Shown: positions 10,711 through 18,755 of the stretch, in pieces
Layout: every line of letters starts with the position of its first letter
Position numbering within the stretch: position 1 is the first letter of the stretch
IMG/VR virus record: IMGVR_UViG_2778261035_000005
DNA: 64,000 nucleotides
Source: a virus
Taxonomy: Duplodnaviria > Heunggongvirae > Uroviricota > Caudoviricetes
Direction: 5' to 3' (one strand)
Notes under the pieces: model-generated
Database searches by the model: none
What the model saw: only the letters and a program-made list of their open reading frames with translations
Told to the model about the DNA's origin: nothing
Position numbers and translations under genes: made by a program

Positions 10711-11403
10711 ATGAAGACTCCGAGAGGCATTCGTAATAATAACCCCGGTAATCTTGATAAAGGATCACCGTGGCAAGGTCTGGTTGCGAATCCAGACGAA
10801 CCGCGCTTTTGCACGTTTAAAGACCCTGTTTGGGGGATTCGTGCGCTGGCGGTGACTCTAATTACCTACCACGATAAACGTCGCGCAAAAGACGGCACAA
10901 GTATCGATACCATTCGTGAAGTTATTGAACGCTGGGCACCGCCGAATGAAAACAATACTGACGCCTACATTAATGAGGTTTCTAAAGCCGTTGGTGTAAC
11001 CGCAGACATGATCATCGATCTGCATGATTACGACATCCTTCGACCTTTGGTTGAGGCAATCATTCGCCACGAGAATGGCCGAGGCCCGCTAAAAACGCTG
11101 AACACCTGGTATGCGGCAGAAGTTATTGAGGAAGGTCTGCGTCGAGCTGGCGTTGTTAAGCCGGTGAAAACCGTGAAGGCTGTTCCTGTAACTAAAGAAA
11201 CCGCAGGCGCAACTGTTACAGCAGGTATTGGTCTGGCGCAGCTGGCCGATGTTATGCCGCAGGTTTCCGCTGCTATGGATAAAGCACAAGGTCATATCTC
11301 TAGCGGGGATACAGTACGCATCATCTTCGGTATTGCCACTATTGTTGTGGCAGGATTCATTGCCTGGTCGCAGGTAAGAAAACATCAGAAAGGGATGGTC
11401 TAA
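10711..11403 (+). CDS. Putative endolysin-like peptidoglycan hydrolase with C-terminal TM segment
   Basis: Lies between the holin-like gene and Rz/Rz1; N-terminal GIRNNNPGNL motif; ATG at 10711 after AGGAG. Catalytic family not resolved. Confidence 0.4.
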   Translation: MKTPRGIRNNNPGNLDKGSPWQGLVANPDEPRFCTFKDPVWGIRALAVTLITYHDKRRAKDGTSIDTIREVIERWAPPNENNTDAYINEVSKAVGVTADMIIDLHDYDILRPLVEAIIRHENGRGPLKTLNTWYAAEVIEEGLRRAGVVKPVKTVKAVPVTKETAGATVTAGIGLAQLADVMPQVSAAMDKAQGHISSGDTVRIIFGIATIVVAGFIAWSQVRKHQKGMV

Positions 11404-11404
11404 T

Positions 11405-11656
11405 ATGCTAGGCAGCCTGATGACAAAGCTAAAAGTTGCTTTGATTACGCTGGCTGCCGTTCTTTTCGTTCTTGTCGGCGCTTACACGATGGGCGGGAAT
11501 GCGGCGCGACGAGCAATGGAAGAGAAGGCAAAACAGGAAGACAGAAAACGACTTCAAAGCACAGTGGAAGTGGTGAATGAGACGAGCAATAAAATACGTC
11601 AGAAAGATGCTTCTGCCGTTCATCGTGAGTTGTATGATAAGTGGGTGCGTCATTAA
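11405..11656 (+). CDS. Rz-like i-spanin
   Basis: 83 aa, N-terminal TM helix followed by a charged coiled-coil-like region; contains an embedded out-of-frame lipoprotein gene. Confidence 0.55.
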   Translation: MLGSLMTKLKVALITLAAVLFVLVGAYTMGGNAARRAMEEKAKQEDRKRLQSTVEVVNETSNKIRQKDASAVHRELYDKWVRH

Positions 11657-11792
11657 ACCACAAACCGCCAGCGTATTGTTCTGCGATGGAGCTGGGCCTA
11701 TCTATATCAGCAATAATGATGTGATGACCGAAGAAACCGAACGCCAAATCCTTTTTCACAATACGATGGGAGAGAGAGTTTGCGGTTGGTGA
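11577..11792 (+). CDS. Rz1-like o-spanin lipoprotein
   Basis: Starts inside the Rz gene in another frame and extends past it; signal peptide with lipobox ISGC. Confidence 0.5.
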   Translation: MRRAIKYVRKMLLPFIVSCMISGCVIKPQTASVLFCDGAGPIYISNNDVMTEETERQILFHNTMGERVCGW

Positions 11793-11823
11793 TGCGAAGT
11801 TCCCCTCACTTGAGGGGAGTACA

Positions 11824-12345
11824 TTATTCTTCGAACAATTTTTCGATAGATTTTGTAGGATAGAACAAAGAACGCTCGTTGTTACCAACCAGCTGGATAA
11901 AGCCTAAACTTTTATAAAACGCCTTGGCTTTGTCATTTAACGCCTCAACGAAAAGTCCATGAATGCCTACAGCAAGAGATGCATTGTACACAACGCGCAT
12001 TGCATGTGTTACAAGCATTGAGCCAAATCCTTGACCTTGAAGGGACTTGTCCAAAGCCAGCCTACCCAAAGTAACACTTGGAACATTCCGATAAGGTACC
12101 TTCTTTTGCTGGCTTCTTGAAGGTAAGGACTCCTTTTCAAAGCAGCTACCTGACAAAGTGTAATACCCTAACACTTTTGGTCTGCCTTCTTTCGTGCAAA
12201 GCACATAAGCGCGAAGAATTTTTCCCTCATGCTGCCTTTTTAAGTGGTTGGTTAAAAAGGCATTTAGTGATTCTTCACCGCAATCAAAACCATTCAAATC
12301 ATAATCTTTCTCTCCAGAGAAAATTTCTATCTTTATATTATCCAC
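11824..12345 (-). CDS. GNAT-family acetyltransferase toxin (TacT/AtaT/KacT-like)
   Basis: 173 aa with GNAT-toxin layout (FDCG...YYTLS...VTLGRLALD...QGFG...FY...GF); GTG start 7 nt after the stop of the upstream antitoxin gene. Confidence 0.8.
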   Translation of the reverse strand: MDNIKIEIFSGEKDYDLNGFDCGEESLNAFLTNHLKRQHEGKILRAYVLCTKEGRPKVLGYYTLSGSCFEKESLPSRSQQKKVPYRNVPSVTLGRLALDKSLQGQGFGSMLVTHAMRVVYNASLAVGIHGLFVEALNDKAKAFYKSLGFIQLVGNNERSLFYPTKSIEKLFEE

Positions 12346-12352
12346 GAGTAAA

Positions 12353-12622
12353 CTACTCCATGCTTTTCAGACGATCAGCAGCTCGTTTCAGCTTGTCGTT
12401 CGGTGCCGGAGGATTGCTTATAGCGTCCATAACCAGATTCCAGGATTCTTCATTCAGAACTAGTCTACGGTGTTGCTCTATAACTTTCACGGCACGTTCA
12501 GATGCACTGCTAACCATAAACTGAGTAATGCTCTGGTTAGACATTGCGGCAGCTTCCTCGATGATGCTTTTATCGTCATCGGTTAATCTCAAATCGATGC
12601 GCTGCTTTTTTAGTGCTGACAT
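12353..12622 (-). CDS. DUF1778-type ribbon-helix-helix antitoxin (TacA/AtaR-like)
   Basis: 89 aa immediately upstream of the GNAT toxin on the same strand; ATG at 12622 preceded by AGGAGG. Confidence 0.75.
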   Translation of the reverse strand: MSALKKQRIDLRLTDDDKSIIEEAAAMSNQSITQFMVSSASERAVKVIEQHRRLVLNEESWNLVMDAISNPPAPNDKLKRAADRLKSME

Positions 12623-12632
12623 GTATTCCTCC

Positions 12633-12660
12633 TGATGGCCGTGATGTAGGAAGGCCATCA
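12633..12660. promoter_or_regulatory. Palindrome TGATGGCC-N12-GGCCATCA, candidate toxin-antitoxin operator
   Basis: Perfect 8-bp inverted arms overlapping the RBS/promoter region of the antitoxin gene. Confidence 0.4.
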
Positions 12661-12890
12661 ATCTCCTCTGTTCAAACTGAGTTTTCGACTCAAAAATTAC
12701 TTTAAAAGGCTATAGCCCATTACGTGTGCATTATCAAATTGTGTACGGCATATCACCGTACTTGTAATATAGAGGTCATTGTTACTTTTTTCAACAGACA
12801 AATACAAGCTATGATTGCCAATTGTTAATCACAACCTACCATTTAACCTTTACACCGCAGCCGTAGGCATTTAGGCTATATCACATATAA

Positions 12891-12908
12891 GAAAACAAGT
12901 TGTTTCAG
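12891..12908 (+). promoter_or_regulatory. Conserved motif GAAAACAAnTTGTTT, copy upstream of parA
   Basis: One of four near-identical copies, each 12-33 bp upstream of a start codon. Confidence 0.45.
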
Positions 12909-12940
12909 ACAATAATAATAGACGCAAAGGGAACTCTCCA

Positions 12941-13609
12941 ATGACCAAGATCTTTGTGGTTGGCGGCACAAAGGGCGGGCCTGGCAAATCCACCGTTGCC
13001 CAGCAAATTGCCGTTTGCCTGAAAGTCAAAAAGAAGAAGAAGGTTTATATCACTGATATAGATATTCAGCGCACGACAACAAGCTGGTGTGAAGACCGTC
13101 GACAGAACGAAGACCTTGAGCTGATTCCTTTTGCATACGTTCAGGATGACATCATTAAGCACCTAAAATCGCTTCAGGGTAGAGCTGAGTTTGTAGTGGT
13201 AGATGCTGGTGGCTTTGACTCCGAAATTCAGCGACAAGCGATGCTGATGGCCGACGTTATCATTATCCCGCTTCGTCCTAAGCGTCGTGATTTGAAATCT
13301 CTGCGTGACATCGATCCTATTATCGACAATGTTCGTAATGTAAACGATAAAGTGAAGGTCCGCGCGGTCATGAACCAGTGCCCGGCTTTGCCATCACAAG
13401 TGTCTCGCATTCTGGCGGCTAAAGAGATTGTCGAGACGTTTGGCATCGAGTCTGCGCCAGTCAATCTATATAACCGCAACGTCTACGATGATGCGGAAGA
13501 GTCTGGTCGTTCTATCTTTGAAATGACCGGTAGCGAGCGCGACAAAAAGGCGGAAGCCGAGTTTGAAGAATTTGTAGATTATCTGTTGAGTCTGGAGGAA
13601 GAAGAATAA
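12941..13609 (+). CDS. parA: ParA-type partition ATPase
   Basis: Deviant Walker A GGTKGGPGKST at the N-terminus; about 220 aa; followed by a small centromere-binding-type gene. Confidence 0.85.
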   Translation: MTKIFVVGGTKGGPGKSTVAQQIAVCLKVKKKKKVYITDIDIQRTTTSWCEDRRQNEDLELIPFAYVQDDIIKHLKSLQGRAEFVVVDAGGFDSEIQRQAMLMADVIIIPLRPKRRDLKSLRDIDPIIDNVRNVNDKVKVRAVMNQCPALPSQVSRILAAKEIVETFGIESAPVNLYNRNVYDDAEESGRSIFEMTGSERDKKAEAEFEEFVDYLLSLEEEE

Positions 13610-13968
13610 TGTCCATGAAAATGGGTGACCTAGCAAAGCGCAAAGAGCCTGATGCACCGGCCAAGAACACAACTCCTTTGCGCCAACCAGTCAGACCACA
13701 GGGACGCCCGACTCGTGGCAAAGAGAAAATTAAAAGCCGCACAATGTCACTGGAAGACGAATACTTCGAACTGCTGGAGATGATGAAGTTCATCCCTCGC
13801 TTCGAGAAATTCACCCGCTCTGATGTGATTCGTGCTGCTATTTTCCATCTTGCGGAGAAGACACCGCAGGAAATCGAGGACATCGTAAAGCTGAACGAGG
13901 CGATCACAGCTGCCGATGTCACGATGCGTACCGATGAAATTAAACGCGAGTTGATGAAGAAAGGTTAA
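13609..13968 (+). CDS. ParG-like small centromere-binding protein
   Basis: 119 aa with basic disordered N-terminus and ribbon-helix-helix-like C-terminus; start overlaps the parA stop. Confidence 0.5.
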   Translation: MSMKMGDLAKRKEPDAPAKNTTPLRQPVRPQGRPTRGKEKIKSRTMSLEDEYFELLEMMKFIPRFEKFTRSDVIRAAIFHLAEKTPQEIEDIVKLNEAITAADVTMRTDEIKRELMKKG

Positions 13969-13969
13969 T

Positions 13970-13998
13970 AATGTGGGCTGTCTAGCCCACATTATTTT
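13970..13998 (+). terminator. Rho-independent terminator after the partition operon
   Basis: Perfect 10-bp stem AATGTGGGCT/AGCCCACATT with 4-nt loop, followed by ATTTTAATT. Confidence 0.7.
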
Positions 13999-14019
13999 AA
14001 TTAAAGTGGAGTGATAATT

Positions 14020-14772
14020 ATGCATTCGTTAGTATTTGCATTTAAAAACATACTCAAGAATGTTATAAACATACTAGGGATGTTAAATATTTTTTTGTCT
14101 GTGAGGGTGAGGAGAAAAGATATAAAAGATAAATTAAAGGAACTTAACAAAGAAAAAGAACAATTAAAAAGCGAAGAAATTATTATTGATTTATACAAGA
14201 AAAAACTCGCATCTAGCAAGGGGAAAGCTAATGATAAAATCAAAGGAAAAATAATTCACTATATTATTGCTAGAGAGTTGGGGAATGATCCTGATAATGA
14301 AGATTTGCGACATAATCTTTTTACAAAGATAAAAGAATCAGAAGAACAGGTTGAAGTTCTGGTTCATCAAAGAGAAGTAAGTGAGCAGGCGAACAAAAAA
14401 GAAACGGTTGTCAATTTATTTTTATTGTATGAAAAAAATAAATTGTTTAAAGCTAAGGGGTTGGCTGTGTTTCTTATAGTTATAAACTTAATTATAGTTG
14501 CGACTCTCGATCTTCCAGCTTGGTCATTGATTATAAGTTTTTTTATTCTCTCTTTGATTATGTTGAAAGATCAGATACTTACTATTCGTGTCTCTAAAGG
14601 ATATTTTGGCACAAGTGCGTATGAAGCGGTTCAATTGCTTAAATTCATCAGAGAAAATTCAGACAAATTTGACTCAGATGATAATGACGGTAGCCCACGA
14701 CGGATATTGAATCCGAAGGGAACAACAAAAAAATCAGACAACCTATTCGATAAAGGGTGGCAAAATGTTTGA
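14020..14772 (+). CDS. Hypothetical membrane protein, AT-rich gene
   Basis: 250 aa; N-terminal TM helix, Lys/Glu-rich coiled-coil-like region, two central TM helices; GGAG RBS before the ATG at 14020; no recognisable family. Confidence 0.55.
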   Translation: MHSLVFAFKNILKNVINILGMLNIFLSVRVRRKDIKDKLKELNKEKEQLKSEEIIIDLYKKKLASSKGKANDKIKGKIIHYIIARELGNDPDNEDLRHNLFTKIKESEEQVEVLVHQREVSEQANKKETVVNLFLLYEKNKLFKAKGLAVFLIVINLIIVATLDLPAWSLIISFFILSLIMLKDQILTIRVSKGYFGTSAYEAVQLLKFIRENSDKFDSDDNDGSPRRILNPKGTTKKSDNLFDKGWQNV

Positions 14773-15187
14773 CCTTGACGCCATCACTAAGTTCTTAAAT
14801 CAGTGTTTTGATCTACTTTTGCTCAAGCAGCCTTTAAGAACTGTTTTCGGAATACTGATTGGTTTCATTATTTTTGTTTTTGTTTACACGTTTAGGTTTG
14901 CGATAGCTCAAGATTTTTATGAAATAGATGGCGTGCATTACGCTGCATGTTTCGTCATCGGTGTTTTAGTTGTTCACACAAGAACATTTTTTGACGTTAT
15001 CAAGGGCACCGCAGTTGATGAAGAAATAGATAGTATGATCAGAGTTATTACGAAGCAGCCACACCTATCTAACCATCAAAAAAACATAATGATTGCTGAA
15101 ATACTTCAAAAAGAAATTGCAGCCATAAGTCAAAAGAGATTGGATAAAGTTGCACAAGAAATAACGGAGAAAAAGACAACTGATTAA
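14765..15187 (+). CDS. Hypothetical membrane protein, AT-rich gene
   Basis: 140 aa with two TM helices; start overlaps the stop of the preceding gene (ATGTTTGA), indicating an operon. Confidence 0.55.
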   Translation: MFDLDAITKFLNQCFDLLLLKQPLRTVFGILIGFIIFVFVYTFRFAIAQDFYEIDGVHYAACFVIGVLVVHTRTFFDVIKGTAVDEEIDSMIRVITKQPHLSNHQKNIMIAEILQKEIAAISQKRLDKVAQEITEKKTTD

Positions 15188-15195
15188 TTTAATTA

Positions 15196-15256
15196 CCTGT
15201 TTCTGTATATAAATAATAAGTAACTTATTAAATATATATACGGAAGCAGGTCTTTT
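15196..15256 (+). terminator. Long-stem rho-independent terminator (GCCTGCTT family)
   Basis: About 16-bp stem CCTGTTTCTGTATATA / TATATACGGAAGCAGG (two G-U wobbles) around an AT-rich loop, then TCTTTT; related copies at 61365 and 63129. Confidence 0.6.
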
Positions 15257-15367
15257 AAAAGACACCCACCAGAACAACTCCCTTCCGTTTCCACTTCCAA
15301 AAACTGCCACCAGTCGCTATCATCCGCTCATTGTGATAAGTAAGTAACTACCTACCAGGTGAGCCAC

Positions 15368-16108
15368 ATGAGCCAAATCTTTTTCGATACCATCGACAAC
15401 AACCAGTACGACTTCATGACAGAGTGGAATACCGCTGTTATGGACAAGTGGGTTGCTGAAAACATTGGTTTGTCGCGCTGCAAAGACGAGGCTGAACTCT
15501 TCGAGACGAAGTGGTTTGATTACCGCGACATGCATCCTCTCATGGCCACCTGCCTTTTTACGGAGGCATACAAACGTCAGTACTCAAATATCATGCTGAC
15601 GCACGGTCGCGAACACTTTGAAACAGCTCCGTTCACCACCGGGTTAAAACGCCTGCCTTATCAGGAGTTGTCGACTGCCAATAAAACGTCTCTATGGAAA
15701 GCACGCCAGTTTGCTGACCGCTATTGCTGCTCATACGACTACTTTATCTCCACCGTTCTTTCCGCAGCTGCACGACGGCTGTGGGACAAGCTGCCGCGCC
15801 CACAGCATTTATGGCAGCCAGAACTGATTGAGATATTTGAAGAGAAATTAGCCAGACGCGCAACAACCCGTCTGGATGACTCTCTGGTTAGCTTTAAGCA
15901 TATGGGAGACATGCAGTTCAACCCGATTCAGGAAAGCTATTTTGAATGGATTCTGGAGCGTTTGCGCACCATCCCTCGCAGTAAGCGCATACGCGCAATT
16001 TTCTCCGCTATCTGGCTAATGGAAATCGTTCCAGAGCGCCTTATTTCCGCCCACTTTCCAGAAGAACTGGAAGAAGCACGGCGGTTTATTGATCCCCTAT
16101 CTAATTAA
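15368..16108 (+). CDS. Hypothetical protein upstream of the helicase
   Basis: ORF of about 246 aa; ATG at 15368 preferred over the GTG at 15359; no recognisable motif. Confidence 0.5.
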   Translation: MSQIFFDTIDNNQYDFMTEWNTAVMDKWVAENIGLSRCKDEAELFETKWFDYRDMHPLMATCLFTEAYKRQYSNIMLTHGREHFETAPFTTGLKRLPYQELSTANKTSLWKARQFADRYCCSYDYFISTVLSAAARRLWDKLPRPQHLWQPELIEIFEEKLARRATTRLDDSLVSFKHMGDMQFNPIQESYFEWILERLRTIPRSKRIRAIFSAIWLMEIVPERLISAHFPEELEEARRFIDPLSN

Positions 16109-16117
16109 CTAATACTA

Positions 16118-16136
16118 GAAAACAATTTGTTTAAAA
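16118..16136 (+). promoter_or_regulatory. Conserved motif GAAAACAATTTGTTTAAAA, copy upstream of the helicase
   Basis: Identical to the copy at 43931-43949; ends 16 bp before the helicase ATG. Confidence 0.45.
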
Positions 16137-16151
16137 AACAAAGGAAAGCAC

Positions 16152-17492
16152 ATGACCGAACTTTGCCATACAGGACGCGGGCTGTCCGAAGAGTTTGATG
16201 AAGATTTCCAGAACAGACTGACGGCATATTTTTGTCGTGATCACGAGTTTCTTACTCGTGCGGGAGATCTGGTTGTGCCTAGCCAATTTGCCAATGCGGC
16301 CAATGCCATATTGGTTAATATGGTTTCGGGCTATTACCGTATGTACAAGAGCGCGCCTTCTTCATCTGCGATTCTGGATATGCTTAAGCGTGCGAAACGC
16401 GATAAGACCATCCGTGAGGAACTCTTCCCGGATGTTGTTGCTGCGTTTAAGCGCATCCTTGCAGAAAAATTGTCTGATACCTCGTACATGGTTGACCAGG
16501 TATCCACATTCGCAAAAAGTGTAGCGTTTGATGATGCTCTGATTAAAGCTGCTGAACTGAAAGAGAAGGGCGACTTTCAGGGGGCGATGGCAATCATGGC
16601 CAAGGTTCAGCAGATAGGCTCGAACGAAGCGACCGGAATCTATGACTACTACACCTCCGCAAGTGAGCGATTGAAAGCGCGTGAATATGAGGCTTCAGAG
16701 GAGTATGTGCCAAACAGCATTACAACTGGACTCCCTCTGCTTGATAGATTGCTGTACCAAAAAGGCTGGGCAAAGCGCGAAATGGTGCTCTTCATGGGTT
16801 TTGCTAAATCCGGTAAATCGACCGCAATGGGTGAGTTTTCCATAAACGCAACGCTTGCTGGCTACAATGTTCTGTATCTCTCGCTGGAGGTTCACACCAC
16901 CATTTTATCCGACCGTTTTGATGCAAGATTGTCGGAGACAGAAATGTCCAAGCTGGTGGAACGGCGCGATGAGGTTCATCGTAAGTTGGCAGAGTTGGGA
17001 GCCACGAAGGGGATTGGTAGTTTGTGGGTGGTTGAGCGTCCGTCAGGAAGTATGTCACCGGCAGATCTGGACCGTATGCTTAACAGCATGAAAGCCAACG
17101 GCATGGTGCCTGACATGGTTGTTGTCGACTACGCAGATTTGATGCGTGCCAGTTATGACCTTCGTGATGATCGCGCCAACATTCGTAGTATCTACACCGA
17201 TTTACGTGCTCTTTATGACAAGCATAACGTTGCTGGAATAACGGCATCGCAGACAAACCGTGAAGGTGGCGCGTCAGAAGTTGCCACAATGATGCACGCC
17301 GCCGACAACATCGAAAAAGTACGTATTGCTGACCTGGTAATAACGATCAACAAAACCGAAGAAGAAGAAGCGAAAGGAGAGGCTCGTCTCTACTTTGCTG
17401 GTTCGCGTAACCAGCAGGGAGGGATCAGCATTCGCGTTAAACAAAACCTCGAACAAATGCGCTTCATTGAGCGAATCTTAGACGTTACCTAA
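16152..17492 (+). CDS. DnaB-like replicative DNA helicase
   Basis: Walker A GFAKSGKST, Walker B-like VVVDYADLM, C-terminal RecA-like layout. Confidence 0.75.
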   Translation: MTELCHTGRGLSEEFDEDFQNRLTAYFCRDHEFLTRAGDLVVPSQFANAANAILVNMVSGYYRMYKSAPSSSAILDMLKRAKRDKTIREELFPDVVAAFKRILAEKLSDTSYMVDQVSTFAKSVAFDDALIKAAELKEKGDFQGAMAIMAKVQQIGSNEATGIYDYYTSASERLKAREYEASEEYVPNSITTGLPLLDRLLYQKGWAKREMVLFMGFAKSGKSTAMGEFSINATLAGYNVLYLSLEVHTTILSDRFDARLSETEMSKLVERRDEVHRKLAELGATKGIGSLWVVERPSGSMSPADLDRMLNSMKANGMVPDMVVVDYADLMRASYDLRDDRANIRSIYTDLRALYDKHNVAGITASQTNREGGASEVATMMHAADNIEKVRIADLVITINKTEEEEAKGEARLYFAGSRNQQGGISIRVKQNLEQMRFIERILDVT

Positions 17493-17573
17493 AAAATAAG
17501 CGTGGAGAACACCTCCACGCTTGATTCATTGGTGAAACAACTTTTCTTTTGCCAAACCACAAAAGAAAAACAC

Positions 17574-18755
17574 ATGAGCCTTTATGTTATATCAACATTT
17601 AGGTTGGTAACAATATTGCCTGTTAAAAGTGGAATTATCGTGAGCGAGCTGAAAGAGTTAATTACCGAATTAGATTTTGAACAATGGTTGGACACTGAAG
17701 GTATCGTTTATCGACGTGGAGGCGTGAGTACTCGCGGTCGTGAAGTGAATATCAAGGAGTGTCCGGTATGCGGCAGCTCCAACTGGAAGGTATATTTCAA
17801 TCTGACCAGTGGCGTCGGTAAATGCTTCGCTGGTGATCATCCCGAAGAGATTCAGTTCAATAAGCTGGTCTTCCTCAAGCACTACAGCGGCAAATCACGA
17901 CGACAGTTCGAGGAATATGTGCAGAACGCCCTTCTTTCCCAGGGGTGGGCACCAAAGAAAGAAGAGCTAGTGCTTGCAAGCACAGTCGAGTTAGAGGGGC
18001 CAGTTGCACTCCCTCGTCATTACGAACTTCCTATAGATGGCCGTCTTCCAGACTATCTGGTTGAACGAAATATATCGCCTGAAATGGCAAAGTATTTTGA
18101 CCTACGATACTGCGTCGAAGGTAAGCACGCCTATGTAGATCCGTATACAGATCAGGTTAAAGGACAGATATTCGATATGCGAATACTGATACCGGTTTAC
18201 GATCTGGATGGGGTAATGAAGACATTTCAGGGACGAGACATTACCGGTACAGCAGAACGCCGCTACCTCTTTCCTATGCAGCTTCCAGCTTCAGGTAAGT
18301 TTCTCTACAACGGCTATAATGCAGTCGGCAAACAGACTGTAGTTGTCTGTGAGGGGGCGTTCGATGTTATGGGGGTTAAACGAGCTATTTTTGACGAAGA
18401 AACATTACGTGATTACGTGGAACCAATAGGAACGTTCGGGATGCATCTATCTGGTAACACCACTCAGGATGCAGAAGATCAGTTAGGCGCGTTCCTGACG
18501 CTCAAGGCGCGTGGGTTACGTAATGTGATCATGATGTGGGATAGTGAAAAGCAAGCTATACGAAACACTATGGCCGCAGCCAGGCGACTGACCAGTATCG
18601 GTCTTAATGTGAAAATTGCATGTTTGGGCGAGGAAGGACTCGACCCCGGCGATGCGACCCCGGGGCAGATTATCAAAGCCTACTATTGCGCAAAACCTTA
18701 CTCACGACAGCTTGAACTTTTAAGCAAGGTAAAAGGCATAGCAGCATTAGTTTGA
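17574..18755 (+). CDS. DNA primase (zinc ribbon plus TOPRIM)
   Basis: CPVCGSS...C zinc-binding motif and TOPRIM-like VVVCEGAFD / MMWDSE; ATG at 17574 follows the conserved RBS context, upstream hairpin at 17508-17532. Confidence 0.7.
   Translation: MSLYVISTFRLVTILPVKSGIIVSELKELITELDFEQWLDTEGIVYRRGGVSTRGREVNIKECPVCGSSNWKVYFNLTSGVGKCFAGDHPEEIQFNKLVFLKHYSGKSRRQFEEYVQNALLSQGWAPKKEELVLASTVELEGPVALPRHYELPIDGRLPDYLVERNISPEMAKYFDLRYCVEGKHAYVDPYTDQVKGQIFDMRILIPVYDLDGVMKTFQGRDITGTAERRYLFPMQLPASGKFLYNGYNAVGKQTVVVCEGAFDVMGVKRAIFDEETLRDYVEPIGTFGMHLSGNTTQDAEDQLGAFLTLKARGLRNVIMMWDSEKQAIRNTMAAARRLTSIGLNVKIACLGEEGLDPGDATPGQIIKAYYCAKPYSRQLELLSKVKGIAALV

Noticed and set aside
11802-11817. Hairpin CCCCTC-ACTT-GAGGGG between the convergent Rz1 and toxin genes as a terminator
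   Set aside because: Stem is only 6 bp and lacks a flanking T-tract on either strand; may still be structural but not confidently a terminator.
12078-12524. 148-aa plus-strand ORF antisense to the toxin-antitoxin genes
   Set aside because: Fully overlaps two well-supported minus-strand genes and has no RBS or homology signal.
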